From the NCBI GenBank assembly GCA_010093815.1, contig ML996584.1: DNA of 64,000 nucleotides. One strand, 5' to 3'. Origin of the DNA: Pseudovirgaria hyperparasitica (lineage: Eukaryota). Under the pieces are notes generated by a model. That model saw only the letters and a program-made list of their open reading frames with translations. It made no database searches and was not told the DNA's origin. Made by a program: the position numbers and the translations under genes. Below, piece by piece: positions 37,762 to 49,975 of this stretch (its first letter is position 1; every line of letters begins with the position of its first letter).

Positions 37762-40700
37762 TTAGAAAGCCAACATCTTGGAGACCGCTCCCTCCCCTCC
37801 CTCGTCTATACTTAGACGTCGAGAAGGAGGAGAGGAGAACTTTGGCGTGGCGACCGCCACCCTATCCTCCGCCAGCTCACCGTGTAGAGTGGCCCCTCCC
37901 ACTACCCACGTGAGGCGCTCCTCAGCGAGGGTAGTGGGAGTTACTGGGCTCACTCTATCCTCCTCCGGCGACGTGCCCGGAGAAGAGATAGCTTGGGTGA
38001 GCTTTGGGAGGGTAGGTGCGGTCGCCACCCTGAGGTCTTTCTCCTGGGTTGGGGAGGCGATGAGGGGAGGCCCAGCAAGATTGCTGGTGTTCTTGGGCTT
38101 CGTGGCCATCGACGAAGCGAGGCCGATGACCTTGGGGTGAGCCCTAGCCACCCCAGGTGCTGCTGCAATGATCGAGGCAGCAGCATCCTGGGGTGTAGAG
38201 CTCACCGAGGGCCGGGAAGTCGATGGAATACCTGTAGAGGTACGTTTTTTGTCGACACCTTCAGCAGCGAAGATGTTTGGCCTGGGAGATGTTGCCGGTG
38301 CGGAAACTCCTGGGAGGGTGGCATGAGCAGGCGTTGGACGAGGAGGTGGTTTCGAAGGTGTGTCAAGAATCAATGTGCTCTCGTCATCGTCATCGCTGTC
38401 TTCTGGTACGGTAAAGGTGGATCCACCTTTGGCATGACCACTCTTGCGTTGCTCAATCTTGACTTGCTCGCTGTTCATGTCGATGCTGGGCGTGTATATG
38501 CTGCTATCATCATCGTCGGTGTCGGGGACAACGAACTTGCCAGAGGTCCTCGATCGGGACGTGGATTTGGAGCGATTGCGATTCTTGGGTGTCTCATCCA
38601 TATACGTAGTAGAGTCGAAAGGTAACTGTGGGAGGTATGTCTGACTCGTGTTGAATCTGCGGTGAAAGATGAGGTTTTCTACGTCGACCAGCTCACTCTC
38701 ACAATATGCTTTGGTGAGCGCTATGCGATTGGCGGATGTGAAGTCGGAGAAGGAGCTGAAGCCCGGTAGCCAGCGCTTCCATTTTTCTTCGTCGCTACAA
38801 TACCACTGCATGTAGCTCGACATATCCAATTGCTGTTTATCAGAGTTATTGCCGAACATCATGAGGAACCACTTGAGTCGCAGGTGAGGAGGTGCGCCAA
38901 GGACTTGATACATAGCGCGACAGAGCATGTGACGCCATGAGAAGATGACCGGGTCCGTGGTGCCATTCGCGTTCGTGAATATCTGCTCAGCCTGAATGTA
39001 CGCTCTTCGAGGTAGTGCTGGCAATTTCTCTCCAGGTCTGCGCAGGTCTGGGACGCCAATTGGCCAGGCCTCAGTTTCGGAAATGTACGTATCGTCCATC
39101 TGGCTATCATCGAAAGCACCAGGCATTGAGTACCGCTTCCGTTTTGATTTTCCGTCCAATTCAGAAAGACCTCTCTTCTGAAGGGTCTCTTGCTCGTCAA
39201 CCGTCTCGGCCTCAAAAGATCTCTTTGCAAGAACTCTGCTGCGGGCTCTTTCTTTCTTTCGCATGCTCTCCGCTTGCATGGATCTTTCTTCGAGAGATTC
39301 CGTTCGGCTTTCGCGAGCAGTCTGTGGTGCAGTATTGTCGTTGCGTTGTTGCATTGCTGAAGCACGTTCAGGACTGGCTTGAGAAGGGCCATGGCTCGCC
39401 ACTCGCGACGTGCGAGATCTAGGCCGTTGTACGGACTGCGACCATCTTGGCGACGTACCTCGTGATCTGTTAGCGACTTGTTGGGTGCCGCTTTGAGATG
39501 TGTTCATTAGTGGCCTGGATGTACTTGGGTACGTTCCAGACCGAGTTGCGCCGTCACGCCACCAGTCTGCTCCGACTCCTGGTTCGTCTCTATCTGTAGA
39601 GGCTTCTGATTCTGCGATATCGGTGGCGGGTTCAATGGTGGGCTCAGTGGCGGATTCAGTGGTGGCTTCAGTGGCGGGTTCGGTGGTAGATTGAGTCGGG
39701 GCTTGCTGTGCAAGGATCCTCTGTCGTTCTTGAGGATTGCGTCGAGCACGGCGGAATGGTGACAGAGCAGCGAGGGTATTGCCTGTGATGGTTCCCACTC
39801 TTCTAAATAGAGAAGACCGCTCGGCTACAGCCCGGCCAGGTCGAGGCTCGGTTTGGGCACGATACTGCTGTTGCTGAGCTTGCTGTGGTGTGTCTGGAGC
39901 TTCCTGTTGCTATTATGGTGTTAGCTGACTGTAAGAGTCTTCATGTCCGATCACTTGAGGGATGAGAACTACCTGCAATGGGAGCTGATGCTCATGTTGG
40001 AAATCAACCTCATTTGGGCCGCGGGACGTGGAGGATCCGGCTTGAAAGGTTGACTGTACGTCTTCGCGGGTCGAATGCACGTTTCGAGGGGTTGACTGAT
40101 CGTTCTGTCGGCTGCTGGAGTCTTGCTCGGCGTTGATACGAACGACAGCTTGCTGAAGCACTTCATGGAGAGCTTCGTCAGTGGCTACTGCACCAGTTCC
40201 GCCGCGGTGGGAGACTGAGACGTCATCAGTATCTTCGTCGGTTTCCGGTTCTGCTCGCTGCGTCGAAGTAAGATCTGAGGGATGAGTGCGACGGTGCATA
40301 TTCGCTGCTCCAGGATCTGGTGAATCTACACTCTGGGTCGACGCCATCATTTTCTTCTTACGGAGTCTTGTGAACGTCGATGGAGATCCGCTTCGTTCGG
40401 CTAAATGACGCAACAATGTGGCGTCGGACATTCGGACGGACGTGATAGCTTTGTTGGAACCGGTAAGAGTAGCCTCGATGATGTGCTCGGAATTGATGTT
40501 GTCGTTTGTCTCGAGAGCTATGAATTCCTTTAGTATGGCGTTCTCACGTACTGCTTTCTTCCATTCGGCATTCTGAAAAAGAACTTTTTGACTGAAAGTG
40601 AAAACCTGTCCTGGAAACATGTGACCGAAGTCGTCCGCTAATAGCTCTTGTGCATCTGAAATGAGAGGGTCGACTGAAGTTTGAAATCGCCTACGTTTTT

Positions 40701-43394
40701 TACCCTCGCGCCTACTTTGACTGCGCCTGATCTTCTGCTCGAAATCATCTAGCTCTTTCTGTGTCTTTGGTAAGGAGCGACGAGAGAAAGGTTCAAGCTG
40801 TTTACCACGGGGCGCCTCGCGCTTCTTACCACGACGACTTGCAGTGCGAACAGCGTAGAAGCCGTCATCTTCAGACTCGTCGGAATTGTCACCGCTGTTG
40901 CTGAGTAGATGTGGCTGTGGATCAAACAAGCGCGACCGACTTTTTTCTGCAGGAGTGTCTCCTGAAACTTCCTTGCCGCCATCAACAGGATTGTTCTGTG
41001 CATCAGTGAGGGGTGGATAGCGCGACCGACTTTTTGCTGCANNNNNNNNNNNNNNNNNNNNNNNNNNNNNNNNNNNNNNNNNNNNNNNNNNNNNNNNNNN
41101 NNNNNNNNNNNNNNNNNNNNNNNNNNNNNNNNNNNNNNNNNNNNNNNNNNNNNNNNNNNNNNNNNNNNNNNNNNNNNNNNNNNNNNNNNNNNNNNNNNNN
41201 NNNNNNNNNNNNNNNNNNNNNNNNNNNNNNNNNNNNNNNNNNNNNNNNNNNNNNNNNNNNNNNNNNNNNNNNNNNNNNNNNNNNNNNNNNNNNNNNNNNN
41301 NNNNNNNNNNNNNNNNNNNNNNNNNNNNNNNNNNNNNNNNNNNNNNNNNNNNNNNNNNNNNNNNNNNNNNNNNNNNNNNNNNNNNNNNNNNNNNNNNNNN
41401 NNNNNNNNNNNNNNNNNNNNNNNNNNNNNNNNNNNNNNNNNNNNNNNNNNNNNNNNNNNNNNNNNNNNNNNNNNNNNNNNNNNNNNNNNNNNNNNNNNNN
41501 NNNNNGTGGTTGAACGAAAGGGCCTGAGACCCGTAAGCGTCGTCCGTAACTTTGACTTGGTCTGCAGTCGCCGGGCTGATCAGTGTATGCTGTGACACGT
41601 GAACGGTGTCCATCAGTGCACTGTCGAGATGTATAGCCCCGTCTTGAGCGCCAGCTGGAGCAGAGGGAGAGAAGAATATGTGCTCACTTGCGCCAGGCGA
41701 GGAATCAATGGATCGGTGCTGGGACACACGACCACTGTTCGTGACTGTCTCTTCGCCGTAAATATCATCTTCGGACCGGACAGCTGGAGGGGAACATTTG
41801 GACGAGCCATGCTCGAGTGCAGGCGACACGTCATGGTCTCTGGTGGTAATGTGACTCTTGGGTGAGCCGTGGCCTTGAGGTTTATCAGAACCTTCATCTT
41901 CGTCCATGAAATTCGACGCATTATCGTGATTGTGATTGTCATTCCCGGCGAACGTAAACCCTCCCCTAGCTNNNNNNNNNNNNNNNNNNNNNNNNNNNNN
42001 NNNNNNNNNNNNNNNNNNNNNNNNNNNNNNNNNNNNNNNNNNNNNNNNNNNNNNNNNNNNNNNNNNNNNNNNNNNNNNNNNNNNNNNNNNNNNNNNNNNN
42101 NNNNNNNNNNNNNNNNNNNNNNNNNNNNNNNNNNNNNNNNNNNNNNNNNNNNNNNNNNNNNNNNNNNNNNNNNNNNNNNNNNNNNNNNNNNNNNNNNNNN
42201 NNNNNNNNNNNNNNNNNNNNNNNNNNNNNNNNNNNNNNNNNNNNNNNNTGACGCATTATCGTGATTGTGATTGTCATTCCCGGCGAACGTAAACCCTCCC
42301 CTAGCTGGAACGGGTTCAGGAGGCAGTGAGCGACGTATCTCATGAGAGTGTTCCCAGGCGGGGTTATCAGGACCTTCGTCCATGACATCATCGTCATTGT
42401 CGCTGTCAGTCCAGGCCGAGCTCTTAGCAGAACCTTCGTCCGAGGAATCCGACGCATTATCGTCATTGCGATTGTCAGTCCAGGCGAATGTAAACTCTCT
42501 CCTAGCTTCAACGGGTTCAGGAGGTGGTGAACGACTTGTCTCACGAGGGTCTTCCCAGGCGGGGATCTTGTCAGGACCTTCGTTCATGAAATTCGACGCA
42601 TTATCGTCATCGTGATTGTCATTCCAGGCGAACGTAAACTCTTCCCCAGCTTCAATAGGTTCAGGAGTCGGTGTACGAGAAGTCCCATAAGGGTTTTTCC
42701 AGGCGGGGATCTTACTAGGATCTTCGTCATCAGACACTCCCTTGACATCTTCGTAGTCACGTAGCTCGCCGTTTGGTAACATATCGGTTATGGTGTCTTC
42801 TGAGAATTGTATGGGTTTTCCATGGATCAAGATGGGGCCATCTTCATCTTCGGATGATTCGGTGTCACGAGATTGCTGAGTCCGATCATTGTGCTGTTCA
42901 GCGTCTTCGACATTCTGTGGCAGCTGGTTGGCAACTCCATCATCGCTCATCTCGACTTCAGGGGACTGAGTCTTGAGGGCAAACTGGGTTTGAGACTGGG
43001 TTACAGAACCACCGGCATTCTCGAGCTCTTCATGGCCCTGGGTTTGGGATTCGGTCGCTTCAATTGACTGCTTGATCTCTTGCTTAAGTTGCTCATCGGC
43101 CATGATGTCATCTTCGGCCTCAGCATGAGCTTCAGCATCGACGTCCTCAGGAATTTCCGAGAAATCCAGGGCTTTTGGTCGTACTCTGCGTCTTCCGCGC
43201 TTGGCTGGAGGCTTTTTGGTGACATTAGCACCCGTCACACTTGACTTAGAGCGAGCAGAAGATCTCTTGGACAGGAGCTTATCCAGATCGTTGCTATCAA
43301 GCAGTGGAGAGGCATTTGATCCAGGCTGATTAGAGCGGGCACGGGTCGTACGGCGGGTGGTCGCAGGAGTAGAGGGTTGCTTTGAGCGCGCCAT
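37762..43394 (-). CDS. Very large low-complexity hypothetical protein with internal tandem repeats, spanning two assembly gaps
   Basis: Starts MARSKQPS at ATG 43394. The repeat copy right after the gap is in the frame of ORF 39913-41907. Intron 39972-39910 (GTAGTT...CTAAC...TAG) joins that frame to ORF 37762-39798. Confidence 0.7.
41042..41505. other. Assembly gap (N run)
   Basis: Run of N. Confidence 1.
41915..42730 (-). repeat. Intragenic degenerate tandem repeat (units of about 144-201 nt)
   Basis: GACGCATTATCGT recurs at 41915, 42250, 42451 and 42595. Peptide unit is PAW...SRxPxPEPxxAxxxFTFAxxDNxxxDNAS. Confidence 0.85.
41972..42248. other. Assembly gap (N run) flanked by identical 57 nt copies
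   Basis: Run of N. 41915-41971 is identical to 42250-42306. Confidence 1.
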
Positions 43395-44740
43395 TTCGAT
43401 GATGAGGTGCAAAGATACTGTAGGAAAGGTTTATAAGGTTCAGAGTTTCTCAATTGAAGAAATGTGAAGTAGAATTGACAAAGAAACGTTGAATAGTGGT
43501 TTCTGTGTAGGTGGGAGAAAGAGAGGCGGAGGCGGCGTGCAGAGATTTTCTGTTTTGACTTACCGCGGGGTCGCGAAATCTGTTTACATGTGCGCGCTCG
43601 TAGCCCAAGGCGACCGGGCCTCGCGTTGCGTGTCGTGATGCTTTTACTTCACTTGAACAATGTTGAAGATGGTGAACAATGGCCGGCGCGTTCTGCCACC
43701 GCCCTCGACAGGACCTTGGCACCGCGCTAGCCACGCGAGCATGCCGAATTTAACCCGACCAATTAGCAACCTTAAAAAGTCACGGGTTGCAGTTGCAACA
43801 ATCAGGCATTTAGATGTGGACTTGGATACTCTATTGCTCGTTTGTTTCTTCATAATACTTTTTGCCGATGTATCATAGTCGCCTCAACGTCCTAGCTCGC
43901 CAAGATAGCATCTTCCATGATATGTAGTACCTCTACTACAATCTATGCCACAAGGCATACCTCTCCTGTATCACACTAACACAAAGACGTCCCCATGACT
44001 CATAAACATCACCCTCTGATCGAGGGAATCTTGCTCAAACATCGCCTTAGGTGTCACAACCTAACTAGGACAAGCAAGCAGCCAAGGATGATGCAGGGAT
44101 GTGAGTCTGAGCATTTACCAAGATCATCCATGTCAACTCCGTCGCGTTAGACTATGCACATCTATATACCGTGCCTGGATCAGCGTTGGTAGATAGGGGG
44201 AGGATCTGGGTATCTGGGCGCACACTTTAGGGAATGAAGTGATCGATCTGCATAAGTTCCGGACGGGCGAGGATGAGCTGGGTGTTGTGGTGGCATAATT
44301 TGATGATAACCGGGTGAGGAGGGCACGTGTCGAAGGGCAGTTGTGAGAGAGGATGAGAAGGATGATCCTAGGCGTCAATGCAGCGTTTTGAACGAGTAAG
44401 CAAGCAGATAGAAAGCAGTACCACCGATTGCTACGCAGAACAGAGGTCTTGGCATGCGAGAAGTGAGAACTAATGAGAATGACACAGATCAAACAGAGTT
44501 CATCTAATGAGTTTTCTATGACACAGACAGACTACGCACCGCACTTACAACATGAACCGAATGTTGTTTTTGGTATACATCGACAGTATTTGTTTCAATG
44601 ATAATACGTACTTACCGCAGCAGCATTGTGTGCACTAGGTACTCCTGGACGCCATTTAATGCAATCAGAGATCAGTTTTGATGGTGAGTGGGAGCAGAAT
44701 TGTTGGGATATCCAATGCTGTAAACTTCTAGGGGTTCGCT

Positions 44741-46217
44741 TCAGTCGTAGTTGAATAGAACACTGATGCTTTCACCATGGTGGACTCTGCGGATTGCCTG
44801 AAGATTGGCTGTCAGTATTATTTTGGAGCAATATGACGAATCATTCTTACCTCAGCGAAGACATGACCAATGTCCAACACTTCAAGCTTAGGGCACTTGG
44901 TCTTGTGCTCCGTCTGGTCCACACTGTTGGTGACCACTACTTTGTCTAGAGCACTTGCATTGATCCGATCGATTGCATCTCCGCTCAAAATTCCGTGGGT
45001 AACCAGAGCAATGACCTTAGTGGCGCCCTCGTTTTTCAGAAGCTTCGCAGCCCGTGTTATGGTGTTCGACGTATCCGCGAGATCATCAATCAATATTGCA
45101 GTCCTTTCAGCGACATCTCCAACCAGCATCATGGTCGCGTTTTGACGGTCATTGATCTGTGTCGGTCGTCGCTCCTATGTGACATGTTAGAAAACAGTTC
45201 GACTACTAGGCCAAGTAGCTGGAATCCGACCTTGTGGATCAGCGCGAAGGGCATTCCAAGAGCATCAGCAATTGCCGTAGCTCGTTTCGCACCTCCAGCG
45301 TCCGGACTCACAACTACGGCGTCCTGATATTTGGGGATGTTGTATTGGATGTATTTACGAAGCATGTGGCGACCGTAGAGATTGTCCACTGGAATATCAA
45401 AAAAGCCCTGGTACTGAGGGTCGTGAAGGTCCATCGTGATGACATGGTCTGCGCCAGCGCAGGTAAGCAGGTCGGCCACGAGGGTTCCTGCTTGTGCGAC
45501 CCATTGACGATAGCCACGTTGGGGCTGGAACGCGGGGAGATTTGCATTTCTCAGCTGTCCCTTGTTCCCTTCCTTGCGATTATCCTTATCCGCCTCATGA
45601 GTACCGTTTACGTTATGATCGCGTGAACGGAAGTAGTCAAGGTTTGATCCAGAGGATTCTGCAGTATCAGATCGTTTTGGCGGGCCGTAACCATTGGTTT
45701 TTGTGGGGCTTCGCTGGGTGGCAGCGTCACTCTTGCGGTCAGCTATTCTCAATTCGCTCAGGCGAGAGTTGATAGCATCTGTGCCTGTGTTCAATCCTTG
45801 ACTTTCCTGTTGTCCAGGGTAAGGAGTCTGCGGTCTACTATCAAATGTATAGTGGTTCTTGCTGGAAGATCCGTTTTGACCCTTCGCCAGCGGCGCACCA
45901 ACTTTGTTATAGGGAACGTCGCTTTGTCGAGAGTAGGGGAAAAGCGGAAGTACTGCGGTGACTCTGCGCGCTGAGGCAATTTTGCAGGCCGAGATCATAA
46001 TGACCAACTCCATGAAATCATCATTTACTTTCCCACCGCCAGATTGCAGTATGAAGACGTCCTTGCCTCGTACTGACTCAATAATCTCGACTCTCGTTTC
46101 TCCCACAGCAAATTTGCTGAGTAGGACTTTAGCGGGAGGTATGCCTAGGTGGTTGCAGATGCCTTCGGTGAGCTGCGGGTGGGAACTTCCGCCCAGGATC
46201 ACGATGTTCCGCACCAT
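44741..46217 (-). CDS. PRS5: Ribose-phosphate pyrophosphokinase, PRS5-like (long non-homologous insertion)
   Basis: Exons 46217-45231, 45174-44851 and 44797-44741. Motifs LPLFPYSRQ, [insertion], WVAQAGTLVADLLTCAGADHVITMDLHDPQ, VSPDAGG, ILIDDLADT and AEAIRRVHHGESIS. Confidence 0.9.
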
Positions 46218-47508
46218 AATTACGATCGTACAGATGATGTGGCTAGACAAACGAGGCGCGAGCCGAGACGGACAGAGGGCGATAGAAGGTTATAATGGGG
46301 GATCGATAGACCTTTGGCTGTAGCTGTTAGAAAGGCGTTTGAATTAACGCAGGACTTACACCCACGAAGTAGGAATTATGCTAGAGGTTAGTAGAGCGCG
46401 ACCAGGTATTCGTGCATTTGCACAGGAGAGCGCAGGGCCAGAAACATTTTGACCAAACTGCAAGAGGGGAACAGAAGAGAAGAGAGAGGTTCGAGGCGGA
46501 CGAGCCGCATAGTGAGTCGACCGAAAAATTCGTGTCTTGGCGACACTCACCGAAACCGAAAGGGCATGGCAAGGCGCGGAGCAGCATGTGGTAATTAGTG
46601 GTAAGTTTGCTAAACCATGGAAGTCCGGGCCAGGATAGTAAAGCACGCAAGCATCATAAGTTATTTGTCCGATGGGGAGACGTGTGCCTTCAATCTATTC
46701 GACTCCTACAGCATCGATAACGTCCGCAATATTGGGGGAATGACGTCGGGCTTTATACAGACCGTGAACGGGATACAGCGAAGCTGCTGCAGGACGACAA
46801 CAGTGCAGTGCAGTGCAGTAGTAGCCCCAACCTTATCGTTCACCGTTTCACCGCCCTGCTGTTTGCCCATTCACAGCGAGTCGTTTGCAATCAGTCGTTG
46901 TATCAAACGGTCACCCCCCCGTTGCAGCCACGTTTCCTCTCGCGACCCGCTGCAGGGTCAAGACGGATCTTTTCATGCAGCCTGGAGACATTGCGCCCGC
47001 GACGCGCAGCTATCATGACACGCGGTACGAGATGCCTCGGGTAACGAGACCATGTCGCGTGCCGAATGTACTAAATAGTAGTTCACGTTTTCAGTGGTGT
47101 GTGCTGTACACATTAGGTCTAGCACTGCGAAGCCACAGATCATGCTTATCCATAGGATTCTTCAACACATGTGTTGTAACATCACCATCAGCACGAGTCA
47201 AGAGAGCCAAATTATGATATAAGTCTATTCTGCGAAAGTCTAAGGGTTATAGAAGCTGCAATGCGTCTGTCTACTCTTTACGTCAGAGACAGGACAGAGA
47301 GGAAAATTTGTTGTTTTTGACAAACGGAAAATGGGGTATCAAGGGTGACGGCTCCAGCTATTACAGCGGAGCCAAAAGGAGTGTCTATATCCAGTGTTAC
47401 TTTCTTCTCCAACATTATTATCCCGTCGCGGCGGGTGTTCCAGGTGCCGGCATCCTGGCGAGGTATATCCTTCCATATATCGACCGTCATCGTAGCATTG
47501 CCGATGCC

Positions 47509-48523
47509 TCAAACTGGGCAGGTCAGGCTTCGCTTGTGACTGATAGCGTTGGGCTTCATCATGAGGCGCAATTTCCTCGGTAGAGCAACGTGACCCCAAC
47601 ACTGATGAGCTAACATTTGAAGGTAGGCTTCCTCCTCCTGGCGCAATTTGGCCTGACGTTTCGCAAGTTCGGAAGGTGACACTTTGATGGTGCCATCATC
47701 CTTCTGCAAGACGTTCGAAAAGTCCATCTTGTGAGACGTACGGACCGGCGAATTCGCTGGAGATAACACCAGCGCTTCAAGCTCTTTGCATTGTTCGATC
47801 ATCGCCCTCATTCCAGTGCTGAATTGCTCTGCACGCGAGTACAGGTGTTCGGAGAAGGACGCTCCCCACAGTGGATCGTCAAGCATCGCGGAGCGCATTA
47901 CGCCTAGAAAGAAAGATAGCTGTGGTAGAGTGACAGACTCTGAAGAGACGGGCATGGATTCCGAGAGGAGAACGGCGGCGATAACGAAACGAATATGGGT
48001 ATCGGAAGACAACGTCGTGCTGACAACACATGCTACTCTCTTCGTCAGTCCTTAGGTTTCACACCACTGTATGGTCTGCTCACCTGGACAGCCTTCTGAA
48101 TGGCACCAGTCACCTTCGTCCTCCAAGAAGCATTGCAGACTCAGGAAAGCATCTCGTGCGTCATCACGGAAGGCCAACTCCCAGTCATCGGGTGTGGTAG
48201 AGCAGAGAGCGGCTTGCGCTAGATCTGCGGCACGATTGAAGAGTTGTACAACCGGCATGACTACAGCATGAATGATATCGCGGTGAAGGATCCATTCCTC
48301 GTACGTTTCTTCGGAACATTCGAAGTGTTCTTCGCAGAGGCTAGTGGGCATTTGTTAGCATACATTCAAGCCCAGAGTCCTGGTCGACAGACATGTGATC
48401 CTGTGTACCAGCGAGATACGAGCGCAGAATTTGGAAGCCACGTGAATCGTTAATGATATCAACGACTTCAGGGCGGATAACGAATGGCGACGCGCCGTGA
48501 GGTGTAGAGTAAGTGCTCGTCAT
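47509..48523 (-). CDS. Hypothetical protein with Cys/His cluster (LCEEHF...WCHSEGCPACVV)
   Basis: Exons 48523-48420, 48340-48084 and 48032-47509. Introns 48419-48341 and 48083-48033 have GT, branch and AG sites and join three ORFs in frame. Confidence 0.78.
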
Positions 48524-49975
48524 GTTGAATCGATGTTTGGCAAGACAGGGTTGATGATTGTGAAGAGCAAATAATGGTGGGCACGGGCATTGAACTTGGG
48601 AAGAAGTAAGGAGTGACGAAAAGCAAATGCTAGAGAATTGGTAAAAAAAGAGTGGAAGTAGTGAAGTATACGAGCCTTGAAGTTAGTCTTCAGGTCGTCG
48701 AAAGTCGAGAGATTAGCCCAAGCTTCCAGATTCCCAATAGGGTATAGTACGTTCAGGGGGTTAGGTTGGCTCAGAGCTGAAAAGCAACAGAATCTGCCAC
48801 TGATCTTTACCACGAACACAAGACACACTCTGGCTATTTGTATGCGTTCGGATTGCAAGCTTCACTTCCAGCGAAGAGTCGCTGGCATCGCACAATGCCT
48901 GTGATCCTGGAACAGACACATCGCTGTCTCTACGCCATTGGCCTTACTCACGAGCCTACTGCAGAGTCAGTCATACATGGCGGGCAGACCCACTGGCTGG
49001 CTATGCGTGGAGTCAGTACAAAGTATCTTGCTGGCGATCTAGATTCTAGAAGTCGAGTGAGCTGAAGATAGATAACAATGTTCGCGACGGAATAACAGAT
49101 CGTAATTGGTGATATTGCGCCATGTATGCATAAGAAGGCTTTCACACCCGTCGGCCTCAGCTGCACCTGTCGGTTAATCTCGCCGAAGATGCCGAATGTG
49201 TTAGCAGAAGGTGTTACAGTAGTTCGGAGGAATCATGTAAGTTACCGGTGAAGCATCAATGGGTTTACTGCAAGCTGCATGCATCGTGCTTATCGAGTTG
49301 CATGAAAGTGACGATCATATTTCATAGAGTATAGGGAGTGAGACACTCCAGGCGCATACAGATTCGGAACAGGTGGAGAGATAGCAGCGGGTCCCTATAA
49401 TGGATTGGGGTTTGTGGGGAGAGGATTATACCGTAACCGTAGTAATGTAATGATGAAAGATTCCAACGCACAGGACACTGCAGCCACAGCCTGACCTTTC
49501 CACAGCCTTATTATATGCTTGCGCATCTTGCATGACCCAGGCTGTTGACTTCACGATTGTTAGAGGTTCTTGCCGACTGGAAGGGTCTCGTGCCGTGGTA
49601 TTTCATACCTACACTGCTGACTAGAGTGACTGAACTGGTTGCCAATGGTAGGAGCGGGGATGCTTCACTTATCTCCGGCCACCTTCAGAAGTGCCAGTGC
49701 CCCTCCACCATCAATGAGCACCCCGTTTCCCAATTCCCATCCCATCTGCCCTTCGACGAGATCAATAACTTAGTAGCGGATTTGGCTTGTCTTCTATCAC
49801 CGAGCACCATCAGACCCGACAGCGTCCATACACATCTCCCTTAAAGACACCTAGGTACAGTGCTGCAACAGATCCTCTGAGTGCCCAGCCGGAAGCAACT
49901 GGCCGACTTAGATACGGGCATCTGCAGACTACTTCAACCCCTTCCACCTTTTACATCAGTAGCAACACATTCATC

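Noticed and set aside
49787..49975. N-terminal extension of the F-box ORF
   Set aside because: Depends on a TTG start. ATG 49976 has good context and directly precedes the F-box.
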